Notes under the pieces: generated by a model | Databases searched by the model: none | Told to the model about the DNA's origin: nothing | Seen by the model: the letters and a program-made list of their open reading frames with translations, nothing else | From: Leucobacter sp. | GTDB taxonomy: Bacteria; Actinomycetota; Actinomycetes; Actinomycetales; Microbacteriaceae | Assembly (NCBI GenBank): GCA_012510755.1 | Contig: JAAZHL010000026.1 | Location: 1 to 35,137 of the forward strand | DNA: 35,137 nt | Reading direction: 5' to 3' | Shown: piece after piece, positions 9,389-18,870 of the stretch | Layout: each line of letters starts with the position of its first letter | Position numbering within the stretch: the stretch's first letter is position 1 | Position numbers and translations under genes: made by a program

Positions 9389-10681
9389 ATGAGCACGCCG
9401 AACGAGCCCAACGAATCGCACACCCATCTGCCTTCGGGCCATGAGGCGACCCCCGCGGCCGCGCCAGAATCAATGCTTGAGACCGCGCCTGAGGCAACCA
9501 GCACTGAGGCACTCAGCACTCAGGCGCCGCCTGAGGTCACCGCTGAGGCTGTCGCTGGCTTCTCGCCTCAGGCCGCCGCTGAGGCTGCCGCCCCGCAGCA
9601 CCCTTCGGCACCGCCAGTTGAACCGTTCTCGTGGCAGACTCAAGCGGCAACAGAGCAGCCGCAGCATCCCGCGCCGGCCGCGACTGATGGTCAGGTTCAT
9701 GGGCTGGCTCAGGGCCAGGGCTACGAACAGGGCCACGCTCAGCCCGCGGCGCAGGGCCACGGCGCCGTACACCCCCAAGCCCCGGCACAGTCGCCGCGCA
9801 AGCTGTCAACCTTTTTGAAGGTCAGCATTATTCTGCTGGCCGCACTCTCGATTGCTTCGATCTCGCTGCTGTTCATCGGCGACTTTGAAGGCAAGTTCGA
9901 GCGCGTCTTCTCGACGTTCTTCGCGTTCGCCGTATTCGTCGGTCTCACCGCGTTTGATACCCGTCGCGGCCAGCGCAACGAGTGGTATGCGCCGGTGGCG
10001 TTGATCGCGAACTCGTACATTCTTGCGCTGCTGCTGATTGTTATCTGGATGACGCCTTACAGCTGGTCGCTCGGCTGGGAGATCTTCTGGAAGGGTCTGC
10101 TCGTCATCGTGGTGACTCGCGCGGTGGTGGGTTGTGCGCAACTGCTGCTGGGCATGTCTGAGGGCAAGCCCAAGGCGCTGAGCGTCTTCGCGATGATCAC
10201 GAGCTTGCTCGCGACGGTGTCTGGCATCTTTTTCACCGCACCAGTGGCGATCGAAGTGTTCAACGTCGAGGTGACCGATCTGTACTGGAAGTTTGCGGTC
10301 GCGACGTTGTTGCTGACGGCTTTGGGGCTTTCGATCACGCTGTTGTTGCGGTGGTCATATGGGGCCGAGGATCGCGAAGCCACGAGGCGCGAGCGCGAAG
10401 CTGCGCGTGCGATGTATGCGCAGCCCTACCAGGCCCAGGGCTTTCCCATTGCGCCGTACGGTGTCGCCGAGCCCGTTGCGCCGGTATCGCCGACGGTTGT
10501 TGTGGCCGAGGCTCCGGCGGCAGCCCCCGCCATGCAGCACTTGCCCGAGGCGGCCCAGGCGCAGCCGGTCTACGATCCGGCCCCACAGCAACCGCTGCTG
10601 CCATGGCCGACGTTTGCCGACGGCAGCCCGTTGCCGGTCGGCCCCGACGGTCAGCCAGACTTCTCGGCGCTGGGCCGTTAG
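9389..10681 (+). CDS. Hypothetical multi-pass membrane protein with Pro/Ala/Gln-rich disordered N- and C-termini
   Basis: The ATG at 9389 avoids overlap with purL. About six hydrophobic segments; C-terminal LLPWPTFADGSPLP motif. Confidence 0.8.
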   Translation: MSTPNEPNESHTHLPSGHEATPAAAPESMLETAPEATSTEALSTQAPPEVTAEAVAGFSPQAAAEAAAPQHPSAPPVEPFSWQTQAATEQPQHPAPAATDGQVHGLAQGQGYEQGHAQPAAQGHGAVHPQAPAQSPRKLSTFLKVSIILLAALSIASISLLFIGDFEGKFERVFSTFFAFAVFVGLTAFDTRRGQRNEWYAPVALIANSYILALLLIVIWMTPYSWSLGWEIFWKGLLVIVVTRAVVGCAQLLLGMSEGKPKALSVFAMITSLLATVSGIFFTAPVAIEVFNVEVTDLYWKFAVATLLLTALGLSITLLLRWSYGAEDREATRREREAARAMYAQPYQAQGFPIAPYGVAEPVAPVSPTVVVAEAPAAAPAMQHLPEAAQAQPVYDPAPQQPLLPWPTFADGSPLPVGPDGQPDFSALGR

Positions 10682-11379
10682 ACGCGCGCAGCGAGCGATT
10701 CGAGCACGCTCGTGAAGAACTTCAGCCCGTCAGTGCCCGAACGCATCGCGTCGGGGGTGTTCGGCCCGAAACCTGCCTCTACTGCGTGCTCTGGGTGCGG
10801 CATGAGACCTACGACGTTACCGCGCTCGTTGGTGAGCCCAGCGATGTCGTCGAGCGAACCGTTGGGGTTGGTGCCGCGATAACGGAATGCGATGAGACCT
10901 TCGCCGTTGAGGCGCTTGAGGGTTTCTTCGTTGGCGATGTAGCCGCCGTCGGCGTTCTTCAGCGGAATCACGATCTCGTCGCCAACCTCAAACTGGCGGG
11001 TCCAGTCGGTCGAAGCGTTCTCGACGACCAAGCGCTGGTCGCGTCGAATGAACTGCTGGTGGGCGTTGCGAATCAGGCCGCCAGGCAGCAGGTGCGACTC
11101 GACAAGCACCTGGAAGCCGTTGCAAATGCCGAGCACAGGCATGCCCGCGCCAGCGGCGCCTACGATTTCGGTCATGATCGGTGAGACCGCGGCAATCGCG
11201 CCCGGCCGCAGGTAGTCGCCATAGCTGAACCCACCGGGCAGCACGATGGCGTCGACACCCTGCAGGTCGTGGTCACCGTGCCACAGGCTGACCGGCTCGG
11301 CGCCGACCAGACGAATGGCACGATGTGCATCGCGATCGTCGAGTGATCCTGGGAATGTGACTACACCGATGCGCGCCAT
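10678..11379 (-). CDS. purQ: FGAM synthase glutaminase subunit PurQ
   Basis: VVTFPGS, LPGGFSYGDYLR, LGICNGFQ, GLMPHPE. Confidence 0.98.
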   Translation of the reverse strand: MARIGVVTFPGSLDDRDAHRAIRLVGAEPVSLWHGDHDLQGVDAIVLPGGFSYGDYLRPGAIAAVSPIMTEIVGAAGAGMPVLGICNGFQVLVESHLLPGGLIRNAHQQFIRRDQRLVVENASTDWTRQFEVGDEIVIPLKNADGGYIANEETLKRLNGEGLIAFRYRGTNPNGSLDDIAGLTNERGNVVGLMPHPEHAVEAGFGPNTPDAMRSGTDGLKFFTSVLESLAARV

Positions 11380-11636
11380 TAGTTGCCAGCCTCACCGAAA
11401 TCGATGCCAACGACATCTTCGATGACACTGTTTGAGAGCACGCTGTCTGCGAGTTCGCGAACTTCAGCCTTAATCTCGTCGGTAATGGGGCCGTCAACGG
11501 TGAGTTCAAAACGTTTGCCAATGCGCACGTTCTGAAATTTGCCGTGACCGAGGCGGTCAAGGGCGCCAGTCGTCGCCTTGCCCTGGGGGTCGAGCAATTC
11601 GGCCTTGGGCATCACATCAACAACAATCGTGGGCAC
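11379..11636 (-). CDS. purS: FGAM synthase subunit PurS
   Basis: VMPKAELLDPQG, VRIGKRFEL, LSNSVIED; TAATG coupling to purQ. Confidence 0.97.
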   Translation of the reverse strand: MPTIVVDVMPKAELLDPQGKATTGALDRLGHGKFQNVRIGKRFELTVDGPITDEIKAEVRELADSVLSNSVIEDVVGIDFGEAGN

Positions 11637-11752
11637 GCAGCTTCTCCGTCTTTCAGAGCTCTGGGTGAGCGAAGCTCACAGCGAGCAGTTGGGGTGGCAC
11701 TCTGCACTCAAGTCTACAGTGCGAAGCGCCACCCCTTTGCGTAGGTGTGTGC

Positions 11753-12676
11753 TCAGCTGTCGAAGCTCACCGCGGCCATCGGCTTGGTGTTGACCTGCAG
11801 CGAGAACACGTCAGGGCGTGAGTAGTGGCCGACCGGGTCGAAGTCGAGGTGTGACTTAGTTTTAGCGTCGAGGTCGATGTCTGCATAGAGCACCGCTTCC
11901 TCGCCGAACACCGGACCCGCAAGTACCTTGCCGCTCGGGTCAATGATGACGCTGCCGCCGCGCATGAACACGTCACCGGTCACCGGTTCAATATCGACCG
12001 GGTGGTCGGCGGGGTAGTCTGCGCGGGTGATGTACTGGCAGGCAGACAGCACGAACACACGCCCCTCGAGCGCGATATGCGTCATGGTTGCCTGCCAACT
12101 GTCGCGGTCGTCGGCCGTTGGTGCGCAGTAGATCTGCGTGCCCTTGGCGTACATGGCTTGCCGCAGCATCGGCATGTAGTTTTCCCAGCAAATCACTGAG
12201 CCCACTCGCCCGACGGGGGTATCCATGGTGTCGAGGGTCGAGCCGTCACCGTAGCCCCACACGAGCCGCTCTGAACCGGTCGGCATGAGCTTGCGGTGGT
12301 GCCCGACGAGCCCGTCTTCTGGGTGAATCAGCAGGGCAGTGCAATACAGCGTGTTGCCGAGCTTCTCGATGACGCCGATGACGACCGACACGCCGTGCTC
12401 GGCCGACGCTTCGATGAGGCGACGCACCTGCGGGCCGTCGAGTTCGACCGCGCCGTCGGAATACCGCTGGTACTCATCGCGGCCGCGTTCGGTGCGAATG
12501 CCGATCGCAGCACCGTACGTCGTGCCCTTGGGGTAGGTGCCGATGAAGGCCTCAGGAAATACGACAAGTTCTGCGCCCGCTTCACCGACCTCGGCGATGT
12601 AGTTCACCGCTTTGTCGGTTGATGCCTCGGCATCGAATGCGACAGAACCTGCCTGCACTACAGCAACTTTGCTCAT
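11753..12676 (-). CDS. Nitrilase (carbon-nitrogen hydrolase, branch 1; NIT4/PinA-like)
   Basis: E-K-C triad motifs VFPEAF, HRKLMPTGSER and ICWENYMP; C-terminal DPVGHYSRPDVF. ATG at 12676 after SD GAGGAG. Confidence 0.9.
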   Translation of the reverse strand: MSKVAVVQAGSVAFDAEASTDKAVNYIAEVGEAGAELVVFPEAFIGTYPKGTTYGAAIGIRTERGRDEYQRYSDGAVELDGPQVRRLIEASAEHGVSVVIGVIEKLGNTLYCTALLIHPEDGLVGHHRKLMPTGSERLVWGYGDGSTLDTMDTPVGRVGSVICWENYMPMLRQAMYAKGTQIYCAPTADDRDSWQATMTHIALEGRVFVLSACQYITRADYPADHPVDIEPVTGDVFMRGGSVIIDPSGKVLAGPVFGEEAVLYADIDLDAKTKSHLDFDPVGHYSRPDVFSLQVNTKPMAAVSFDS

Positions 12677-12726
12677 GGGAATCTCCTCAATCAATCACTC
12701 AAATGAAATACGCGTCGCGTCGCGGG

Positions 12727-14052
12727 TCAGCCGCGGGTGATATCGACGTGCCGGGTTTCTTTCAGCAGGGGTATCAGCACTTCCAGCGACACCACCGCGA
12801 CCGCGATGACGTAGAAGGCGGGCGAGATGAGCGACCCGGTTGCGGCGACGAGCGCGGCCGCGATCAGTGGGCCGGGGCCAGCTAGCAGAGCGTATGCCAC
12901 GTTGTAGCCAAGCTCTGAACCGGTTGAGCGCACTGAAGCAGGGAACACCTCGACGAGCAGCACGTTGTTCATCACCGCACAGCAGGCGACGAAGAATGAG
13001 AAGATCGTGAGGCCCACGAAGGCGAGGAATGGGTTGCCAGTGTTCATGAGCATGAACGCGGGGATCGCCCACACTGCGAGCCCAATCACGCCCGTGAGCA
13101 ACACGGGCCTGCGGCCAATGCGGTCTGAGATCATGCCGACGAGCGGGTTGAATGCTACATAGATCACGATTGCCGCGCCGGTCGCAAGCAGTGACTGCAT
13201 GCGATCCATGCCGACAGCGCCGGTGAGGTGATTGTTCGCGTAGGTGACGAAGTAGTAGAGGCTCACGCCGAAGATTCCCGAGAATGCGAGCGTCAAGATG
13301 AACGCCCGCGCCTTCTCGCCTGCGCTGGTGACCTCGATAGTGTTCGTCGCGCGCTTGCGCTCGAGTTCTTCATAGACGGGGGTGTCATCGAGCTTGCGGC
13401 GAATGTATACCGCGACTGCAGCCATCACGATCGAGAAGATGAACGGCACGCGCCAGCCCCATGAGCTCAGCGCTTCTTCGCTCATTGTGGCCTGCAAGAG
13501 TGCGGCGGTAAGGGTGCCGATCAAGAACGCCAAGCCTGCGGTCGCAGTGACCACACTTGCGAACTGGGCGCGCTTGGCCTTGGGTGCGCTCTCGCCTATG
13601 TAGGCGGCCGCGCTGGTCCATTCGCCGCCGACCATCATGCCCTGCAGCAGACGAAGCACCACGACGATGATGGGTGCTGCGATGCCGATCGAGGCGTATG
13701 AGGGAGTGAGGCCGATCAGGGCCGTAATGATGCCCATGCCGAGCACGGTGATGATTAGCACGGTGCGTCGGCCGAACTTGTCGCCAATGGGGCCCAAGAA
13801 GAGCGCGCCGACGGGGCGCGAGATGAAGCCGACGGCGAAAACCGCTAGCGATGACAGCATCTCTGCGGTGGGGTCGCCCGACGGGAAGAACTGGGCACCG
13901 ATGATCGCGGCGAAGTAGCCGTAGATGGCGAAGTCGAACCACTCCATGAAATTGCCGATGCCGACGGCCGCGAGGCGTTTGCGTCGGTCGGCCTTCGGCA
14001 GATCGAGCAGTTCGGTGTCGCTCCGCGCCGCTGCAGAAGCCTGGTCTTGCAT
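12727..14052 (-). CDS. MFS transporter, metabolite:H+ symporter (ProP/ShiA-like) family
   Basis: GNFMEWFDFAIYG, GDKFGRR, GGEW, WGWRVPF, SDRIGRRP. ATG at 14052 after SD AAAGGAG. Confidence 0.92.
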   Translation of the reverse strand: MQDQASAAARSDTELLDLPKADRRKRLAAVGIGNFMEWFDFAIYGYFAAIIGAQFFPSGDPTAEMLSSLAVFAVGFISRPVGALFLGPIGDKFGRRTVLIITVLGMGIITALIGLTPSYASIGIAAPIIVVVLRLLQGMMVGGEWTSAAAYIGESAPKAKRAQFASVVTATAGLAFLIGTLTAALLQATMSEEALSSWGWRVPFIFSIVMAAVAVYIRRKLDDTPVYEELERKRATNTIEVTSAGEKARAFILTLAFSGIFGVSLYYFVTYANNHLTGAVGMDRMQSLLATGAAIVIYVAFNPLVGMISDRIGRRPVLLTGVIGLAVWAIPAFMLMNTGNPFLAFVGLTIFSFFVACCAVMNNVLLVEVFPASVRSTGSELGYNVAYALLAGPGPLIAAALVAATGSLISPAFYVIAVAVVSLEVLIPLLKETRHVDITRG

Positions 14053-14150
14053 GTGAGATCTCCTTTGTTCACTACGCATGCTGGTTCGCAATTCGTCGTG
14101 ACCACTCTGCCAATAGTGCCCACCAATGTCCACCCGAATTGATAGATAGC

Positions 14151-15086
14151 ATGAGTACTATGAATTCAATTGATCTTCGTCGCATCGATCTGAACCTGCT
14201 CGTCGTGTTCCAGGTGTTGATGCAAGAAGGCAATGTGACGAGGGCGGCCGTCAAGCTCAGCCTGAGCCAGAGTGCGGTCAGCGCGGCGCTATCGAGGCTG
14301 CGTAAGCTCTTCGGCGACCCACTGTTTGAGCGGTCACGAGACGGCATGGTACCGACCTGGCGGGCCCTCGAAATCTCAGCCAAGCTCGCGCCAAGCCTGT
14401 CATCGATCTCGGGCATCATCTTTGAAGAACCAGAGTTCCAGCCGACCACCAGCACCCGGGTGATGCACCTCGCCATGTCAGATGACCTTGAGATCGTCTT
14501 GGCGCCGTGGCTCGCAAACCGAAAAGCAGAGCTTGGGTGGACGGTCGAATTCGCTATTCACCAGACCAACAGCGCGCTCTGGCAAGAAAGCGTTGAGAAC
14601 GACCGCACCGATATCGTGCTCACCCGCGCGCCCAACCACCTGTCATCAGGATTTCAGGCTGAAACACTGTTCTCGAGCGGGTACCTGTGTGTCTATAGTC
14701 CCGAACTCTTGCAGTTCTCAGACCCCATGACGGTCGAGGAATATGCCAACGCGAACCACGTGCGGGTGTCATACGACGTGCAGCGCGGGTGGGTTGATGT
14801 GCTGATGGCAGCACAGAGCCGCAAACGAAACGTCTTGTGCGCGATCAGCCACTTCTCGGGTCTCGCGACGTTGCTGCCACGCGTCGCCGCTGTCGCAACG
14901 TTCCCTGAGTACGCCGCACGAGAGATCGCGAGCGTCGCTGGCCTCGCGGTGACGGAATGCCCGCTGCAGGCTCCGCGCTTCACCATCTCGGCGATTTGGT
15001 CGGCCCGGGTTGATGGGTCACCTGAGAACATGTGGCTGCGTCAGGTGCTCGACGAGTTCGCGCAAGACGTCTCGCGGCAGGGGTGA
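14151..15086 (+). CDS. LysR-family transcriptional regulator
   Basis: DLNLLVVFQVLMQEGNVTRAA..LSLSQSAVSAALSRLR..FGDPLF HTH. Divergent from the MFS-nitrilase operon. Start could be 14151 or 14160. Confidence 0.93.
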   Translation: MSTMNSIDLRRIDLNLLVVFQVLMQEGNVTRAAVKLSLSQSAVSAALSRLRKLFGDPLFERSRDGMVPTWRALEISAKLAPSLSSISGIIFEEPEFQPTTSTRVMHLAMSDDLEIVLAPWLANRKAELGWTVEFAIHQTNSALWQESVENDRTDIVLTRAPNHLSSGFQAETLFSSGYLCVYSPELLQFSDPMTVEEYANANHVRVSYDVQRGWVDVLMAAQSRKRNVLCAISHFSGLATLLPRVAAVATFPEYAAREIASVAGLAVTECPLQAPRFTISAIWSARVDGSPENMWLRQVLDEFAQDVSRQG

Positions 15087-15177
15087 GCAGATCCTCGTGC
15101 CTGTCTTAACCGGCATCAATCGTATTCATCGCTTCGACCGGCTGCCCACCCTGCGGCTACCGGTCGTTCTTGTCGGC

Positions 15178-16083
15178 TCAGCGCGAGATCGCGAGACCTG
15201 TCAGGCGTTCGTAGAGTTCCGCATAGCGGTCGAACGTGCGGTCGACGATCTCTGCTGGTAGCTCAGGTGGTGTCCCCTCGCCGTTCCAGTTCGAAGTGAG
15301 CCAGTTGCGCACAATTTGCTTGTCAAAACTGTCGAGGCGGTGCTCACCGCCGGCCCGGTAGAGCTCGGCGTCCCAGTACCGCGACGAATCGCTCGTGAGC
15401 ACTTCGTCGGCGATCGTCAACACCCTCGCTTCGGGGTCGCGGCCGAACTCGAACTTGGTGTCTGCCAAGAGAACGCCGCGCTCGGCGGCAAGCTCGCGGG
15501 CAGTGTTGAAGATGGCGAGAGAGGTATCACGCAACGCCGTGGCAACCTCTGCGCCGACGAATTCGACGCTCTGCTCGAACGTGATGTTCTCATCGTGCTC
15601 ACCATAGGGCGCCTTGTAGGCAGGGGTGTAGATCGGTTCATCAAGCAGGTCGCCATCTTGCAGACCTGCAGGCAGCGCGATGCCGCAGACTGAGCCGGTC
15701 GCGACGTATTCTTTGTACCCTGAACCGGTGAGCGCCCCGCGCACCACGCATTCGATTTGGTACATGTCGAGACGCTTGGTGCGCATCGCACGGCTTGCGA
15801 CCTCAGCGGGCACCACGGGGGCCTCTGCCGGGTCGACAACCAAGTGGTTTGGCACCGCAATGCGGTCAAACCACCAGTTCGAAAGCGCAGTCAAGACCGT
15901 ACCCTTGCCGGTGATAGGTGGCTCGAGCACGTGGTCAAACGCACTGATGCGGTCGCTTGCCACCACCAACAGATGCTTACTGGTGGCAGGGTCTGCGCCC
16001 GCAGGCACGTACAGGTCACGCACCTTGCCCGAGTAAATGTGACGCCACCCGGCGAGTTCGTGTGCAGCCATCTCGACGATCAC
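15178..16083 (-). CDS. purC: SAICAR synthase
   Basis: YSGKVRDLY, SDRISAFD, ECVVRG, LADTKFEFG, DEVLTSDSSRYW, DKQIVR. GTGA overlap with the purD stop; alternative ATG at 16071. Confidence 0.97.
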   Translation of the reverse strand: MIVEMAAHELAGWRHIYSGKVRDLYVPAGADPATSKHLLVVASDRISAFDHVLEPPITGKGTVLTALSNWWFDRIAVPNHLVVDPAEAPVVPAEVASRAMRTKRLDMYQIECVVRGALTGSGYKEYVATGSVCGIALPAGLQDGDLLDEPIYTPAYKAPYGEHDENITFEQSVEFVGAEVATALRDTSLAIFNTARELAAERGVLLADTKFEFGRDPEARVLTIADEVLTSDSSRYWDAELYRAGGEHRLDSFDKQIVRNWLTSNWNGEGTPPELPAEIVDRTFDRYAELYERLTGLAISR

Positions 16084-17369
16084 ACTACCCGTGCCGCGAT
16101 ATCGGTGCGGTGCTGACCGCCCTCGAGCCGCAACTGATCGATGCCCTGGTAGGCCCGTGCACGTGCATCGCCGAAGTTGTTTGCCCGCGCGACCACGCCG
16201 AGCACGCGACCGCCGGTCGCCACCCAGGCGCCCTCGTCACCGGCCGCAGCCGCCTCTCGCCTGGTTGCGGCGTGCACGAGGTGCACTCCCTCGATGGGGC
16301 CAGTGAGTTCGCCGGTTGCAGAGATCCCCGTAACCTCACGACCCGCAACCACATCGCCCGGGTACCCCTCGCTCGCGAGCACCACCACGACGGCAACGTC
16401 GTCACTGAACTCTGGCGCGGGCTTCGACCCAAGTTGACCGGTCGCCGCCGCGAGCAAGTATTCGCTGAGGGGCGACACCATGCGGGGCAGCACCACCTGC
16501 GTCTCAGGGTCGCCGAACCGGGCATTGAACTCGATCACTTTGATGCCCTGAGCAGTGACGATCAGGCCGCAGTAGAGCAGCCCGACAAATGGGGTGCCCT
16601 CTGCTTCGAGCTGACGCACGGTCGGCAGGGCGACGGTCTCAGTCACTTCGCGTACGAACGCATCGACCCCGCCCGGCAGCCACGGCAGCGGAGAATACGC
16701 GCCCATACCGCCAGTATTCGGGCCCTCGTCGCCGTCGAAGATGCGCTTATAGTCTTGCGCGGGGCTCAACGGAACGACATCGTGGCCATCAGCGAAAAAG
16801 AACAGCGACACCTCTTGGCCGTCGAGAGACTCTTCGATCAACACTTCGCCGTGGGGTGCCCACGTCGCAACATGGTCGAGCGCGGCGGCACGATCGTTCG
16901 TGACGAGCACGCCCTTGCCCGCGGCGAGACCGTCTGCCTTCACCACGTAGGGAGCGCCGAACTCGTCAAGTACCCCCTCGGCCTCGGCGGTGGTCGTGAC
17001 ACGCTTGGCGCCACCGGTGGGTACACCGACTTCAGCCATGATGCGCTTCGCAAAGGCTTTCGACCCTTCGAGAGCGGCGGCTGCTTGGCTGGGGCCGAAC
17101 ACTGGCACGCCAGCGAGGCGCAGAGGATCAGCAACCCCCGCAACGAGCGGCGCCTCAGGGCCAATCACCACGAGGTCGAACCCGTGCTCGCGCACGAATG
17201 CTTCGACCGCTGTCGGGTCTACGTAGTCGAGTGCGGGGGTTGCGACGCCGGCCGCCGCGATCCCTGCGTTGCCGGGGGCACAGACCACGTCATGAGGCGA
17301 GTCTTCTGACAACAGCGCGGTAACGATGGCGTGTTCGCGGGCGCCTGGCCCAAGCACGAGAATTTTCAC
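16080..17369 (-). CDS. purD: Phosphoribosylamine-glycine ligase
   Basis: [43 protein letters not shown]. Confidence 0.98.
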   Translation of the reverse strand: MKILVLGPGAREHAIVTALLSEDSPHDVVCAPGNAGIAAAGVATPALDYVDPTAVEAFVREHGFDLVVIGPEAPLVAGVADPLRLAGVPVFGPSQAAAALEGSKAFAKRIMAEVGVPTGGAKRVTTTAEAEGVLDEFGAPYVVKADGLAAGKGVLVTNDRAAALDHVATWAPHGEVLIEESLDGQEVSLFFFADGHDVVPLSPAQDYKRIFDGDEGPNTGGMGAYSPLPWLPGGVDAFVREVTETVALPTVRQLEAEGTPFVGLLYCGLIVTAQGIKVIEFNARFGDPETQVVLPRMVSPLSEYLLAAATGQLGSKPAPEFSDDVAVVVVLASEGYPGDVVAGREVTGISATGELTGPIEGVHLVHAATRREAAAAGDEGAWVATGGRVLGVVARANNFGDARARAYQGIDQLRLEGGQHRTDIAARVV

Positions 17370-17375
17370 CCCTTT

Positions 17376-17381
17376 AGCCTA
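17376..17381 (-). promoter_or_regulatory. Probable -10 element TAGGCT of a leaderless purD-purC transcript
   Basis: GGTAGGCT lies 6 nt before the GTG start. Confidence 0.55.
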
Positions 17382-17426
17382 CCGTCGAGTGCGAGCGGGT
17401 GCCCCCGCGCTCGGTACAGTAGACGC

Positions 17427-17798
17427 ATGGCGAGGCGGCGAATCGGCGAGAGCGAGGGCATGGCGGCTCTGCGCGCGGTGTTGGACGGTCATGACGACCG
17501 CCAGCAGGTGGCCACCGCCGTGCGCTATCTGCTCGAGGAACTGGCCGAGCGCGCGCCGGGGAACACAGTCGAGGTGCGAGTTGCGCCCTACGGCGCGACA
17601 CAGTGCGTGGCAGGCCCGCGACACACCCGAGGCACCCCGGCGAACGTCATTGAAACAGATGCGGCGACGTGGATCGCGCTCGCCACCGGCGGGCTCGACT
17701 GGCAGACCGCGCTCACGCAGGGACTCGTCTTAGCCTCGGGAGTGCGTGCTGACCTGCAGGGTCTGTTGCCGTTAGTACGCCAGGCCTGGGCCAGCTGA
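17427..17798 (+). CDS. Bacterial sterol-carrier-protein (SCP2-like) orthologue
   Basis: APGNTVEVRVAPYGATQC..GPRHTRGTPANVIETDAATWIALATG...ASGVRADL is a conserved actinobacterial protein found near pur genes. TACAGT -10 lies 6 nt upstream. Confidence 0.85.
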   Translation: MARRRIGESEGMAALRAVLDGHDDRQQVATAVRYLLEELAERAPGNTVEVRVAPYGATQCVAGPRHTRGTPANVIETDAATWIALATGGLDWQTALTQGLVLASGVRADLQGLLPLVRQAWAS

Positions 17799-17882
17799 CC
17801 GCCCACGACCGATCTGCGGCGGACCAGCGCACCGGGGCACGGGGTTGAGTTCTTGCCCAGCCAGGGCCGAGAGAATAGAAAC

Positions 17883-18347
17883 ATGACGAACGAAGAAGTG
17901 GCGGCAGCGCGGCCAGAGCTGCCGACTGATGCGGCCCAGCCGACGCAACCTGCTGCGGCAGGCGAGGGAGCCACAGCAGCCTCGGCAGCCGAGGCTTCCC
18001 CAGCAGCTGAGCCGACCCTGCAGCCGGAGTCTGCCGAAGCTGAAGCCGAGTTCGAACTCACCGAGACCCAGCACACGCCAGTCGCCGTGGGGCTGCAACG
18101 CTCGGTGCGATTCGGCCGCATCATCATCTCGACCACGGTGCTGGGCGGCGTGCTCGGCGTGCTTGCGAGCCTGCTGTTTCCTGTGGTGCAGGGCGCCGAT
18201 TATGAGCTGCGTCAAGTGGCTGGCCTCATGGCCGTCGTGGGTGCGGCGATCGGTCTCACCGTTGGCGCGATTCTTGCGCTCTTGCTGGGAATCATCGCCA
18301 GGCGGCAGCGGGGTCAAGCCATGGCCGTGCAGACTGACGTAAGATAG
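17883..18347 (+). CDS. Hypothetical membrane protein (two TM helices, acidic N-terminal extension)
   Basis: ATG at 17883; RSVRFGR followed by two hydrophobic helices. Confidence 0.75.
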   Translation: MTNEEVAAARPELPTDAAQPTQPAAAGEGATAASAAEASPAAEPTLQPESAEAEAEFELTETQHTPVAVGLQRSVRFGRIIISTTVLGGVLGVLASLLFPVVQGADYELRQVAGLMAVVGAAIGLTVGAILALLLGIIARRQRGQAMAVQTDVR

Positions 18348-18378
18348 CGAATGGCTCGACCGAACGGAGCGAACACTC

Positions 18379-18720
18379 ATGCCTAACCTCACAGGGCCCA
18401 CCGCACTTGTCATTATTCTCATTGTGCTGCTGCTGTTCGGCGCTCCGAAACTGCCTGCGCTGGCGCGAAGCCTCGGTCAGTCGATGAAGATTCTGAAAAA
18501 AGAAGTCACGTCGAACGATGACGGCCAGGCAAGCGGCGAAGCCGAAACCAGCAGTGCATCAGCGGCGCCAGCAACTCCGGCTGCAGCAGAGGCAACTGCA
18601 GCGGCAAGCCCAGACGTTGATGAGCTCGCTCGTGCGAAGGCCGAGGCCGCAGCTGCGAAAGCTGAAGCCGACGCCCTTCGCGCCGCGGCACAACAGCGCG
18701 ACACCGACGACAAGGCTTAG
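18379..18720 (+). CDS. tatA: Twin-arginine translocase subunit TatA/E
   Basis: IILIVLLLFGAPKLPALARSLGQSMKILKKE; SD GGAG upstream. Confidence 0.92.
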   Translation: MPNLTGPTALVIILIVLLLFGAPKLPALARSLGQSMKILKKEVTSNDDGQASGEAETSSASAAPATPAAAEATAAASPDVDELARAKAEAAAAKAEADALRAAAQQRDTDDKA

Positions 18721-18870
18721 GCGCGGCGGTTCAGCTGACCTGAGTGGCCTCTAGCCCGGCCAGCCGCAGAGTGCAAAGCATCGCTTTGTGCGGCGTTGCC
18801 GCTGAACGCGCCCTCGCGTGCTGCACGCTCTGTTGCGCAGCGGTTCAGCTGACCTGAGTGGCCTCTAGCC
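18721..18870. repeat. 36-bp direct repeat (18721-18756 and 18835-18870, one mismatch) duplicating the 3' end of purF
   Basis: GCGC[G/A]GCGGTTCAGCTGACCTGAGTGGCCTCTAGCC occurs twice, 114 bp apart. The second copy contains the last purF codons and stop. Confidence 0.93.

Noticed and set aside
14053-14165. LysR T-N11-A operator between the MFS and LysR genes
   Set aside because: Only weak dyads (e.g. CAT-N7-ATG around 14150-14162) that cannot be distinguished from chance by eye.
18721-18870. Two-repeat mini-CRISPR
   Set aside because: Repeat length (36 bp) is CRISPR-like, but one copy is the purF coding end and the 78-bp spacer is too long.
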